From Oligoflexales bacterium (GTDB lineage: Bacteria > Bdellovibrionota_B > Oligoflexia > Oligoflexales > RGVZ01), in the NCBI GenBank assembly GCA_044236265.1, contig JBIIGV010000012.1, positions 1-40,152 of the forward strand: a stretch of 40,152 nucleotides of DNA. Direction: 5' to 3'. The position numbers and the translations under genes are program-made. This document shows positions 1 through 9,293 of the stretch, one piece after another. Position 1 is the first letter of the stretch. The number at the start of each line of letters is the position of its first letter. The notes below the pieces were generated by a model that was not told the origin of the DNA, did no database searches, and worked only from the letters and a program-made list of their open reading frames with translations.

Positions 1-1642
1 TGCCTCCTGCTGGGCTTGCCGTGGGCGTCGCCACGGCTCCATTGATGGTGTACGCAGCCGTCGATACCGATGAGTCAGCCCAGTTGGTGAGAACAGCAAA
101 TGCCTTGATCGTCTGTGAAGACGAGACCGTAATCGGAGCAGTGTACTGCGTCGAAGACGAGGTCGGGGCACTGCCATTGGTCGTGTAGTAAATCGTCGCA
201 CCAGCTGTGGCTGAGCTTAAAGACACCGTCTGTGCAGGACCATAAGAGCCCGCTGCCACTGAAAAGGTCGGAGCTTGCACTGTGCCAGTGATTGTATAAG
301 CAAACGTACCGACAGATGAGTCGTTATAAATTGGGGCGATCGCAATTGCCCGTATGGTTTGACTTGATGAAATTGCTATTGGCGACACATACCTAGTTGA
401 CGTGCTACTTGGCGTGCTTCCATTGAGTGTGTAGTAGATGGATGAGCCTTGCGTTGTGCTCGAGAGGCTGACGGTCTGCGCAGTAGTATATATACCGTCA
501 ATAGGCGAAGCCACCGGGGTTGCAGCAGCTCCATTTATAATTAAGGACCATGCATTGGATACTCGCGAAGGGTTGCCTGCAAGGTCCATGGCCGCAGCTG
601 CGGGAACAGTGACTGCAACAGTTCCAACAGCTGCTACAACATCCAGAGTATAAGTGTCTCCATCAATCTTTGTGAGCTCACCTCTTGATCCCCCTACTAC
701 ATTCACATCGTCAACAGTGAAACCTGTTACCACTTCTGAGAACTCGATTGTTAACGTCAATGAAGTCAAATTGGTCGGACCAGGATCACGATTTGACGAC
801 ACAGTTACAGTTGGCGCCACCGTGTCAGACTTGGGAGTCTCAAAATTGACTTGGCCAACCACCGCTTCATTTCCTGCCTCGTCAGTTACCACAACTGCTG
901 CATGGTAGGGCGTGTTTTCTGACAGAGATATAAGCGCGTAAGTTGTCGTAGCCGAAATTTTACCAGGTTGAGCAGTTCCAAACTCACGAATGTCAGAGAG
1001 GGTCGATAGAACTTTACTCGTGGACGAATAAATCGAGTAAACAAGATCACCTTCCAGGGTAATATCGTCGCCCGATTTGTTCCAACTGAGGATTGCGGTA
1101 AATGGAGTAATTCCTGAGACCGACACTCCTCCAGAGGCGACGGGAGGCGTTGAATCAATCTGAATTGGATCAAGAGCGAACGCTCGTTTCAAAAGCCCTT
1201 CACCCACGTACGAGATGCAGGCCTTGTAACGACCTTGTTTAAGCTGACGCAGCTGTCCAGCGGTGGGGTTTGCTCCAAGAATTCCTCTTGGCGAATTACA
1301 AGGCTCAAACTCATCGACTAACGCAACACCGCGGATCAGGGGAGTCATCTTATCTGAACTGACAAGAAGCCTGGGCTCATCAACCAGGTTCATAAGTTGA
1401 GTTAAAAATGTTCCAGTTTGATTTCTCTTTAGAATGTTGGTGTCTGTGACGAGGTCTGCATTGTAAACAACAAGTCCTTTGGGATCTGCCACGCAACTTC
1501 CACGTTCGTCGCAGTTCTGAGCTGCAGTTGAAAGTCCTGTTTTGACCTCGATAGCGGTTTCGGGAATAGAACACGATTGAGCTAAGAGCAGTATCAGCAT
1601 TAGCAAACTAAAAGGGAAAAATTTTATGGACTTAGGACTAAT
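1..1642 (-). CDS. Large surface lipoprotein, 3' end outside window: Fn3-like domain, bacterial Ig-like domain, and tandem chitobiase/beta-hexosaminidase C-terminal (CHB_HEX_C/Fn3_assoc) repeats
   Basis: Not in the ORF track because there is no stop in the window. Hand translation is open from 1642 to 1: SPKSIKFFPFSLLMLILLLAQSC (lipobox) ... DSTPPVASGGVSVSGITPFTAILSW ... VTDEAGNE ... DTVAPTVTV...IEFSEVVTGF...DLAGN ... then repeats GIYTTAQTVSLSSTTQGSSIYYTLNGSTPS and GSYGPAQTVSLSSATAGATIYYTTNGSAPT. Start is uncertain: ATT at 1642 (6 nt after GGAGG), or TTG 1606 / ATG 1600. Confidence 0.85.
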   Translation of the reverse strand, partial: MSPKSIKFFPFSLLMLILLLAQSCSIPETAIEVKTGLSTAAQNCDERGSCVADPKGLVVYNADLVTDTNILKRNQTGTFLTQLMNLVDEPRLLVSSDKMTPLIRGVALVDEFEPCNSPRGILGANPTAGQLRQLKQGRYKACISYVGEGLLKRAFALDPIQIDSTPPVASGGVSVSGITPFTAILSWNKSGDDITLEGDLVYSIYSSTSKVLSTLSDIREFGTAQPGKISATTTYALISLSENTPYHAAVVVTDEAGNEAVVGQVNFETPKSDTVAPTVTVSSNRDPGPTNLTSLTLTIEFSEVVTGFTVDDVNVVGGSRGELTKIDGDTYTLDVVAAVGTVAVTVPAAAAMDLAGNPSRVSNAWSLIINGAAATPVASPIDGIYTTAQTVSLSSTTQGSSIYYTLNGSTPSSTSTRYVSPIAISSSQTIRAIAIAPIYNDSSVGTFAYTITGTVQAPTFSVAAGSYGPAQTVSLSSATAGATIYYTTNGSAPTSSSTQYTAPITVSSSQTIKAFAVLTNWADSSVSTAAYTINGAVATPTASPAGG

Positions 1643-1669
1643 AACCGACCTCCCCCTTTTTCAATGAGG

Positions 1670-1697
1670 AATTCGGATTTAAAGGCTTATGACTTAA
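1670..1697 (-). promoter_or_regulatory. Putative sigma28 (FliA)-type promoter
   Basis: Minus strand reads TTAAG-N15-TCCGAATT just upstream of the GGAGG RBS of the first gene. Confidence 0.45.
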
Positions 1698-1852
1698 GCC
1701 TTTTTTTGATAAAATTTTTAGGACATTATGGCGCTTTTATGTCAATATTTTCAGATACTTAAAACAGGCTTGGTTGCGGTGCCAATGCTCGCAAGATTTA
1801 TTGCACTGCCACTACAAAATTTAGGCGGTCAGAGCACGTGGCTTCCCCTATC

Positions 1853-2428
1853 TCATCGAACAAGAGTCAACGTTCCTTTGACGAGAAAAAGGCCCTCTGA
1901 TGGCGAGCGGTAAATGGTGTCCATCAGTCGAGAGGGTGCACGGCCAAGAGTCATCCTAACACCTTCTGTCATCAGAAAAGCCGTCTGCTCAGAACCTTCT
2001 GCGAAAAATTTGCGATCTTCGTCGCTTAACTCAATCGAAAACACTTTCAACAAGTCAGCTCGCTCAGCCGTTAAAACTGATTCGACACCGGCCTCCCCCA
2101 ATTGGAATGTGACAGGAATCTCGGTTGTATCGATCTTTAGCTTCCACTGGCTAGGAGCCGACTGGAACAAGATCCCTGACGCCGCATAGGACTCTGCTCT
2201 TGTACCCATCGTGGCACCCTTTCCAGCAGAGCCGATAACCTGCCAGCTTGCTAGAACCTTCAAGGCACCCGAAGACTGGGCCCCCTTGGCGCCTAATTTT
2301 GATGCTTTTTTAATCGCTCTTGAGGGTGCTGGAGCCGAATCCGCAGCGATTGTCGGCGAAGGCGTGACGACAAGTAATGCCAGCACAACATTCAAGAAAA
2401 AAATTAGGCATTTAGCCATGAAATTCAC
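1853..2428 (-). CDS. Hypothetical exported protein
   Basis: 191-aa ORF with a hydrophobic signal peptide (LIFFLNVVLALLVV...TIAA) and AGGAG 5 nt upstream of GTG 2428. No family recognised. Confidence 0.7.
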   Translation of the reverse strand: MNFMAKCLIFFLNVVLALLVVTPSPTIAADSAPAPSRAIKKASKLGAKGAQSSGALKVLASWQVIGSAGKGATMGTRAESYAASGILFQSAPSQWKLKIDTTEIPVTFQLGEAGVESVLTAERADLLKVFSIELSDEDRKFFAEGSEQTAFLMTEGVRMTLGRAPSRLMDTIYRSPSEGLFLVKGTLTLVR

Positions 2429-2500
2429 TTTAACTCCTGAAAGCCAATAGGTTATAGTATTTCATAGAAACGACATGCCTTCCACCCTTGATAAGACCAT

Positions 2501-3907
2501 ATGGAGTTGTCCGAAGTGACTCGCTCGAAGATATCACTGATGATGTTAAGCCTTGCCGCATGCATGGGATTTTTCATTAGTGGTTTTAGTGCAGCACAGA
2601 CACTGCATACAGCCCCCATTGTTATCACGGGCGCGCAAGTCACTCACATGACGAGATTTCCCATCGTATCCTATCGACTATTTCGATCCTCTGCATCGGG
2701 CCGAGCTGAGATTATTCCGTTTCAAATCGACGAGATCAACGACGACTCTGACTACGTCCTTGATCAAGGCTCGCGCGTCACTGCAAATACTGGAAACGGG
2801 GTCTTTGACAGCCAAGATGAATTGTCATTTATGGGCGATGATGTGGGCCCTGTCGTGGAACCCACCACTTGGCCCGGTCAAAAACCGCATATTGTTTTTG
2901 AACTCCGTATGAAACACCCACAAGGCAACCCCATGGGTCCGCAGATGGGAGCTGTTTATGTCGGTATTTACTTTGGTGGAGCCCCAGCACTAAGCTCCAA
3001 GAAGTACGTCGTCTTTAATCGACCGCAAGCTTTGGTTCACACATCCCGTTACCGCTATCAGTTTGATCAGAAAAACTGGCTTGTGGCCCGGAAGGTTGAA
3101 GTCGCAAAAGGCAATACCAATCCAGCGGTTTACGATCCTGTTTTAGACTCTACGACTTTTTACCTGAAGGGTGACTTGAAATACTTCATCACCGTGGAAG
3201 CCAATCACCGAAGCATTGAAAGCGACCTCGAGGCCTGGAAAACGGGCCCCATTCGCACCATCGTTCGCGTGTCATTTCACTACAATCTTCTTAAACTCAA
3301 GCTCGAGCTTGGCATGTATACGGAGATCAGTTTCTTCTCAAACGCCGTCAATCTGCCGGCGATTCTGTATAACCCCATTGACGGACGCAAATCCCTCAAC
3401 TCAGGCAGTGGTTTTTATTATGGTCTTGCTTTACGGGACAATCCCAAAGACTACGTCATAGAAACCAATATGGCTCCATTTAGCCTGGCCAACCAAGGTA
3501 CCGGCGGAAAGCTTCTCGAAAGTGGAAAAGATCTTCTCGGGAAACTCATGGGAAAGCAACAGCAATCGTCTGATACGAAAGGCCTCTACTGGGTTTCCAT
3601 GCAGGGAAAAGATCGCAGCATCTTCTTTGAGATCACTCCGTCACCTGAACTTCAAAAGACTGGAATGGCCCCCGAGCTTTACCGCGAAGACAAGAGTGCT
3701 GAAGAGCTAAAAGGGCGAAGTAATGATAAAGTAGCTCATGTGGGAGAAAGTCCCGTCAATCTTGGTATCTGGTTTGACGCCACCAAAATTGGAGACGGCG
3801 AGCAGAGTATGGGATTTCGGTTGTTTTTCGAGAATGTGATGGCCCCTGAGCGATTGGCTGTATTCAAAAGTCTATCCCAATGGAAATACGAGGTGAGGCG
3901 CATATGA
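2501..3907 (+). CDS. Hypothetical exported beta-rich protein
   Basis: 468-aa ORF with a signal-peptide-like N-terminus. Its stop overlaps the next start (ATGA). No family recognised. Confidence 0.8.
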   Translation: MELSEVTRSKISLMMLSLAACMGFFISGFSAAQTLHTAPIVITGAQVTHMTRFPIVSYRLFRSSASGRAEIIPFQIDEINDDSDYVLDQGSRVTANTGNGVFDSQDELSFMGDDVGPVVEPTTWPGQKPHIVFELRMKHPQGNPMGPQMGAVYVGIYFGGAPALSSKKYVVFNRPQALVHTSRYRYQFDQKNWLVARKVEVAKGNTNPAVYDPVLDSTTFYLKGDLKYFITVEANHRSIESDLEAWKTGPIRTIVRVSFHYNLLKLKLELGMYTEISFFSNAVNLPAILYNPIDGRKSLNSGSGFYYGLALRDNPKDYVIETNMAPFSLANQGTGGKLLESGKDLLGKLMGKQQQSSDTKGLYWVSMQGKDRSIFFEITPSPELQKTGMAPELYREDKSAEELKGRSNDKVAHVGESPVNLGIWFDATKIGDGEQSMGFRLFFENVMAPERLAVFKSLSQWKYEVRRI

Positions 3908-4869
3908 CAAATTCGATCGAGAATCGTGACGAATTGCCCCTTGAACCCGGAGTTTTTGCCATTCCTGCGACATCTGACCTGGACCCAACGCCGGAGTCGA
4001 TTGCCGTTCGTGGAGCAGCGCGCACCACTTGGGACGAGCATGACGAATCTACGTCCACAGACTTCCCAATGATCGTGTGGCTTCGCGGCGACGAGCCTTG
4101 GTTTTCGCAATTTGATATGGACGCCGAGGCGGTCATGTCAGCCCTTGGGATCAAGCGCTCACGGTTAACACAAATCTCTGGCAAGGAGCTGCGCGTTGGA
4201 CGAGTGCGTATGGATCGTTATATCCGTCCAGTTTACCGAAGCCTGGATGTAGAAGAGTATTTAAAATGGACGAGAGCGACAGCTTCTCATCAGAAGTCAT
4301 CGGACGCCATCAAGTTGGCCGTCGATCAACTTCAACAACAGTCGGAAAACATTCAAACAACCCTGGCATCCATAACATCGTCCTTTGCTGATGCTTTGAA
4401 ATCCGAAATGTCGTTATTTATTTCTGAGTGTGTCTCCTCTGGGATTGCTCCAGTCGTTGAAGGCTTTGAAAGCTTTGTGAGCTCAATGAACGAGTCCGTC
4501 ACCAGACTTGAATCATCGGTACAATCAGCGACGACATCACTTGGCGAATCAACCTCGTCACTTAGCCAAACAATAGAAACAATGGCACTCAAGCAGTCGG
4601 CTGCGCTAGAGGCCGTTACACTACAAATGAACCAATTGTCGGAGAAAACCGCTCTTATGGAAGAACGGATGAGTGCTTGGGATCTGATGATTCAGGCTAA
4701 CTTGGGACAGATCACTCAAGACCTGGCAGAAATTCGTAAACCAAAACGTTTCGAAAAAGCCAAAGGTCGAAAGCCCAAAGGCCAAACCATCGAAAATCAG
4801 TCGACGACGTCCAGTCGCGTATTTGCAGGTCGCAACGCGCCAACCAGAAGAAAGCCGGCTAAATTCTGA
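3904..4869 (+). CDS. Putative HTH (MerR/Xis/AlpA-like) DNA-binding protein with long coiled coil and basic tail
   Basis: ATG 3904 follows GAGG and is coupled to the upstream stop. Segment MDAEAVMSALGIKRSRLTQISGKELRVGRVRMDRYIRPVYRSLDVEEYL resembles a winged HTH, followed by a heptad-like helical region and a K/R-rich C-terminus. Confidence 0.65.
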   Translation: MTNSIENRDELPLEPGVFAIPATSDLDPTPESIAVRGAARTTWDEHDESTSTDFPMIVWLRGDEPWFSQFDMDAEAVMSALGIKRSRLTQISGKELRVGRVRMDRYIRPVYRSLDVEEYLKWTRATASHQKSSDAIKLAVDQLQQQSENIQTTLASITSSFADALKSEMSLFISECVSSGIAPVVEGFESFVSSMNESVTRLESSVQSATTSLGESTSSLSQTIETMALKQSAALEAVTLQMNQLSEKTALMEERMSAWDLMIQANLGQITQDLAEIRKPKRFEKAKGRKPKGQTIENQSTTSSRVFAGRNAPTRRKPAKF

Positions 4870-4942
4870 GAGACTGCTACGGAGCCCCAAAACCACTCTG
4901 AGATAATTGCCGCATAGTGTGCGAGGCATTACAAACAGCTTG

Positions 4943-5119
4943 TCACGACAACTTGCGCTTTCTATGCATTAAGTTGTATACCGCTGTCACCACTAGTCCG
5001 ACCAAAAAAAGAAAAAATAGCGTTTGAGCAATCCATGCCGCTGTGCCAGCGACGCCGCCAAAACCAAAGAATCCGGCAATGATCGCCAAAATAAGGAACG
5101 CGAGTGTGTAATATAACAT
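4943..5119 (-). CDS. DUF1328 / UPF0391 small membrane protein (YtjA-like), 58 aa
   Basis: Below the ORF-track length cutoff. Hand translation: MLYYTLAFLILAIIAGFFGFGGVAGTAAWIAQTLFFLFLVGLVVTAVYNLMHRKRKLS, with a GGAGGG RBS. The AxxAGxxGFGGxAGxAxxIAxxLFxxF pattern is typical of DUF1328. Confidence 0.92.
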   Translation of the reverse strand: MLYYTLAFLILAIIAGFFGFGGVAGTAAWIAQTLFFLFLVGLVVTAVYNLMHRKRKLS

Positions 5120-5195
5120 CTAAGCCCTCCAATTTATTGATTCGCTCTCATCAACATGAAGCTTTCGGCCGAAGCTCACTGATTAGAAAGCTAGT

Positions 5196-5552
5196 TTAAC
5201 CACATCCAGGACCACCACTGATTGACCCATGACCTGTTTCCTTCTTCTTTTCTGGAGTGGCGATCGGCGCCGCTTTCACTCCAAGATCTTTCTTCACGGG
5301 GGCGACTGTAACCTTGTTCTCGATACTGGTAACGCCCTTCATACGTTCAGCTGTGGCAGTGATACCTGCAATCAGCGTTGGATCATCCACCTGCCCTTCA
5401 AGAGTTACGACACCACTTTTCACACAAACAGATAACCCTTGAATTTTACTGCCCATGGATCGGGAGATTGAATCCTTAATTTCGCGTTCCATTGCACTAT
5501 CCGAGTCCTGCGTAGGTTTTGCTGCTTTCTTTTCTGTTTCTTCAGATTTCAT
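5196..5552 (-). CDS. Single BON-domain (OsmY-like) protein
   Basis: DSAMEREIKDSI...LSVCVKSGVVTLEGQV...AERMKGVTSIENKVTV matches the BON pattern. ATG 5552 with AAGGAG RBS is preferred over 5585. Confidence 0.88.
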   Translation of the reverse strand: MKSEETEKKAAKPTQDSDSAMEREIKDSISRSMGSKIQGLSVCVKSGVVTLEGQVDDPTLIAGITATAERMKGVTSIENKVTVAPVKKDLGVKAAPIATPEKKKETGHGSISGGPGCG

Positions 5553-5603
5553 GCTGTTCTCCTTTACTTTAAAATTTGGAGCCACTCGCCCCTGACATTT
5601 ACC

Positions 5604-5620
5604 TGCATTCTTTGTGCCGA
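5604..5620 (-). promoter_or_regulatory. Putative sigma54 (-24/-12) promoter for BON-DUF1328 genes
   Basis: Minus strand TCGGCAC-AAAGA-ATGCA has correct GG-N10-GC spacing, about 50 nt upstream of the ATG. Confidence 0.55.
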
Positions 5621-5868
5621 GATGTTCGTCTCATCGCTATCCTTTAAATTGATCTCAATAGCCTTCGAATTTTTGATCGTTTCTGATTTTCTTCGCAAAA
5701 ATAACAATCTGCATCCCGATTTATTCGTACAAGCCAAGTCGAACAAAGTGCGTCAATTGACACCGAACTAATTGATCGACTCGTGATGCGCCTACTGACA
5801 AGCGATGCGGATTCAGCGGAAAACCTCGTATAAATTTTGGAGCATTGCTGCATGAAAATTTAAAGTGG

Positions 5869-5881
5869 AATCAGTGGTTTG
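5869..5881 (+). promoter_or_regulatory. Putative IHF site
   Basis: AATCAG-TGGT-TTG fits WATCAR-N4-TTR and lies between the candidate enhancer palindrome (5752-5761) and the sigma54 promoter. Confidence 0.35.
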
Positions 5882-5940
5882 GCTCGATTGCTGCCTGCAC
5901 GATGTCGTGTAACAGCCCTCCTCATTTTGAACGCCATTAG

Positions 5941-5957
5941 TTGGCGCATAAATTGCT
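5941..5957 (+). promoter_or_regulatory. Putative sigma54 (-24/-12) promoter
   Basis: TTGGCGC-ATAAA-TTGCT is a near-consensus TGGCAC-N5-TTGCW, about 80 nt upstream of ATG 6035. Confidence 0.7.
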
Positions 5958-6034
5958 ACGAGGCGCGCGTCAAGTTCGGCGTTTTCCGAAAACAGACGTG
6001 AAATATGTTTGACAATTTGAAGTGAGGATTATCT

Positions 6035-6628
6035 ATGAAACCGCGCAATCATGTAACTCGCACAGCTCTAGCATCTTCATTATTAACTGTGGCGTTTAGC
6101 TTTGTTCCAAATATTGCGTTTTCTGCAGATCCAGGCGGATTGGTTGAGGCCGCCCAACAAAAGGCCTACGAAATAGTGGGAAAAGATACGTCGCGACTAA
6201 AATTTGACAAAGGATCATCAAGCCTTTCATCTGCTGACCAGAGTGAGCTTCGCACGATGTATAATGCCGTTAAAGAGGACGCTCGAATAAGAGAGATTGT
6301 CGTAGCGGCATACGCAGACCTTCCGTACCCAAAAGACCAGAAATCAGACCTACCTAATAAGTCGAAGGGCCTAGCCACCAGGAGAGGCGAAGAAATTAAA
6401 AAATTCCTCACGGAACTTGGAGCCAAAAATGTTCGTGTTGTAAATATGGCAAAAAAAGCCACATGGTTGGAGCGTACGTTTGACACAAAGGAGGCGCAAT
6501 TAAAGCAAGGTGCATCCGAGTCCCCTTCGAAAGTCGATCAAGATGACATGTTCTTTGAAAGCCTAGGTAAGCATCTCCAAACAGAGGGCGGCCCTGGCAA
6601 TGCTGTTGTTGTCATACGCCATGACTAA
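6035..6628 (+). CDS. Exported protein with divergent OmpA-C-like fold
   Basis: Signal peptide ending IAFSA. LKFDKGSSSLSSADQSEL...IVVAAYAD...LATRRGEEIKKFL echoes the OmpA-like FxxxSxxL / D / LxxxR pattern. GAGGA RBS. Confidence 0.7.
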   Translation: MKPRNHVTRTALASSLLTVAFSFVPNIAFSADPGGLVEAAQQKAYEIVGKDTSRLKFDKGSSSLSSADQSELRTMYNAVKEDARIREIVVAAYADLPYPKDQKSDLPNKSKGLATRRGEEIKKFLTELGAKNVRVVNMAKKATWLERTFDTKEAQLKQGASESPSKVDQDDMFFESLGKHLQTEGGPGNAVVVIRHD

Positions 6629-6785
6629 AATCTGATTTAACAAAGGTTGTATACGGTCCAGACTTGCTCCTATTGAAACCCAATGATCAAGTCTACATCC
6701 TAGCTCTTCTAAGAAATTCAACAATAATTGTTGGCCCAACGACGGACTCTGGCGAAATCCAGAGTCCGTGAGCAAGGATCCATTA

Positions 6786-7292
6786 ATGAAAAAGATTATT
6801 TACGTTTTTTTAATTTTAACGAGTGGTTTTGCATATGGTTCGAATTCAGAGAATTCGGATGCCTCGGAACGAGGCCATCGGATAGGGATTGGCGTCTCCT
6901 TCTCAAGACTAACCGGGGTGTCTCTATATGCAGACACTAGTTACAAAGACTTCGTCCAAGCAGTGATTGGCTTTACTAATGACAACAGCTACGCTGCTAC
7001 AGCTGATTATGCTTTTGGGCATCACTACGCTTTTAGCAGTGTTTCAAGTGTTACACCCTATTGGGGTCTAGGAGCTGTTCTATTGCACGATCAAAGTGAT
7101 TATTGGTCTAACTACGCACGGGATGCAAGTCCAACATCGACATACTTAGGCGCAAGAATTCCTGTGGGTTTGAACCTGGTCATTCCCAATACCCCAGTGC
7201 AATTTGGGGCAGAAATTGCTCCATCCCTACTTTTTAAACCAGCTATCTATAGTTTTTTACAGGGTTCATTCAGTGTCAGAATCTTGTTTTAA
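6786..7292 (+). CDS. Small outer-membrane beta-barrel protein (DUF3996-like)
   Basis: Signal peptide MKKIIYVFLIL, alternating beta-strands, LGARIPVGLN...FGAEIAP motif and C-terminal Phe (VRILF). Confidence 0.7.
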   Translation: MKKIIYVFLILTSGFAYGSNSENSDASERGHRIGIGVSFSRLTGVSLYADTSYKDFVQAVIGFTNDNSYAATADYAFGHHYAFSSVSSVTPYWGLGAVLLHDQSDYWSNYARDASPTSTYLGARIPVGLNLVIPNTPVQFGAEIAPSLLFKPAIYSFLQGSFSVRILF

Positions 7293-7540
7293 AGCTTTGC
7301 TTATTTAACTTGGAGCTTCTTCTGCTCGGCGCTGTTTCAGCTCGGTTTCCTCGACAGTGGGACATTGGCAGCGACATTCGGCGGTGAAATTTTTTTCCGA
7401 CATCGTCCCGTGAATTATCCACTTATCTATCTGTTTCCATTGCTTTTTTTGGATTAATTTGTGCCTTTGTAAAAATGGGCCGATATCCCTTTAAGACTCA
7501 ATAGGGGCCCATGACTTGAGACAGACGGAGACTGCAAACT

Positions 7541-8956
7541 TTGAAGACAATTAGTGCCAAACAAGCATCGAGGATGCTTCGATATCTTGCTTCCGCGGTC
7601 ACGTTGATCGTATCTGGCGGATGCGGCGAAAGATCTTACATGCAGAGCGGGCGACCCAGCTCCATGGTGATAGCTTCCGCCTCAGAAAGTCACAGTAATA
7701 ATGCAATTACGAAGGCGAAAGATCAGGATAAATGCGTTCCTCGCCTACCCCAAGAAATTTGTCCCGGAACCACCGTTGATACAGGGGGCTTGTGCGATGC
7801 CGCAACAGGAATAAACTCCTGTCTGAACGCCGAAAATACGACACTCGCACTACCACCCGGTCGTTATCTTATTAAATCGACAATCAACATTAACTACGAC
7901 GGCATTACGCTCTCGACTCGTGGACTTTCAGATGACGTCACGACCTGCCTTAAGAACTCGACTTCAAAGCCATGCGCAGTTCTCCTCGCTGCTGACGAAT
8001 TTGGCGAACAGGCAAAGCCTGACAACTCTTTCGAACGGACAATGCTCCGGATTGGAACGAATAGAAAACCGGTAAATCGCATCACAATCGATCATATCGC
8101 GCTGGACGGCGCCAAGGATGCTCGGCGCAAAAATATAAATATCACCAAGAATTGTGGGTCGAAAGGAGGTGGTCGAAATTTAATGGAAGCTGGCGGCTCA
8201 GATAACAAACTACTTCACTCGGCCTCGGTTAACGCTCTTTGCGGCACGGCAGTCGGTTGGGCAGTTGCAAAGACGGGCAACGGCTCCATTATCAGGAACA
8301 ACTTCATAGCAAATAACGGCATTGGATACCCGGACAACACAATTTGGAGTGACGGACTAACCATCGGAAAAGTTTCCAACTCGACCATCACGGGAAACCT
8401 GTTCCAGGATTCCACCGATGTCGATGTAGTGATCGGCGGGGCGACCAATACAACCTTTAGTGATAACATAATCTATCATCAGAATTTGAATGCCTTTGCC
8501 GGATTTATGCTGACCAACTGGAGCCTTCGGAATTCCCCTCAAACGGCGGAATGGGCGGACTTTCGCGGACTGGTAGTGTCGAACAACATTTTTCGCTGCA
8601 ACCGCCACGTGCAAATTTGCGTCCAGATCGGCATCTTTCCTTGGTTTTATCCCGAGACGCACTGGGCAAATTGGAGCACCATGGGGGGTACGTTCCTCAA
8701 CAACAAGATTTTCACGCAAAATCAGGGCATCAATGTCGGCGGTGGCGGAACGATGAATTTTCCAGTGATTTTGGATGGAAATGAAATTTCTAAAACCGGT
8801 TCAGGAACCACAGAAATTGGCGCAGGCAGTAACCGAACATCGCGGCGGGTGGGTAAGCTGAATGTTTTTGGACCTAGGGTGCAAAATTTCATTGAGTACA
8901 GAAACGGTCAAGGCGCGGATGTCGACCAGGCTGATCCTTGGCACTCCATTTTTTGA
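7541..8956 (+). CDS. Lipoprotein with right-handed parallel beta-helix (pectin-lyase-like fold)
   Basis: Lipobox VSGGC, the LPPGRYLI motif and N-rich repeats (IIRNNFIANNG, TITGNLFQD, TFSDNIIY, VVSNNIF). TTG start with GGAG RBS. Confidence 0.8.
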   Translation: MKTISAKQASRMLRYLASAVTLIVSGGCGERSYMQSGRPSSMVIASASESHSNNAITKAKDQDKCVPRLPQEICPGTTVDTGGLCDAATGINSCLNAENTTLALPPGRYLIKSTININYDGITLSTRGLSDDVTTCLKNSTSKPCAVLLAADEFGEQAKPDNSFERTMLRIGTNRKPVNRITIDHIALDGAKDARRKNINITKNCGSKGGGRNLMEAGGSDNKLLHSASVNALCGTAVGWAVAKTGNGSIIRNNFIANNGIGYPDNTIWSDGLTIGKVSNSTITGNLFQDSTDVDVVIGGATNTTFSDNIIYHQNLNAFAGFMLTNWSLRNSPQTAEWADFRGLVVSNNIFRCNRHVQICVQIGIFPWFYPETHWANWSTMGGTFLNNKIFTQNQGINVGGGGTMNFPVILDGNEISKTGSGTTEIGAGSNRTSRRVGKLNVFGPRVQNFIEYRNGQGADVDQADPWHSIF

Positions 8957-9293
8957 ACGTTTCCCATTAACTGCATTCCAACTCACGACGAGACGTCTGC
9001 CATGCTCACATGAATTGTGTAAAATACGTTAGATAAACCGTGAGTCACATCTGAGGTTACAAAGGATCTCAACGCCCCTTGAATTCATCTTCTTCTCCAC
9101 ACACGGCCGTCTTACCATGGCCAGCAGAAGGAGTGCTTGCTGCGCAGCGATCTGCAGCGGCGATAATCAGTGTGCGAGATCCCGGTCGAATAAATCTCAA
9201 GCTTCCAGCACTGTTTCTGTCCCAAAGCGGAGATACCGTTGTTTCCGCGACAATGTCTCGCTTACTTAACTCAAAACAAAGGGCCCGATTTTA

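Noticed and set aside
438..1574. Short ORFs in the track (438-653, 654-908, 886-1173, 1380-1574)
   Set aside because: They are antisense or off-frame shadows of the long minus-strand lipoprotein gene that runs off the left edge.
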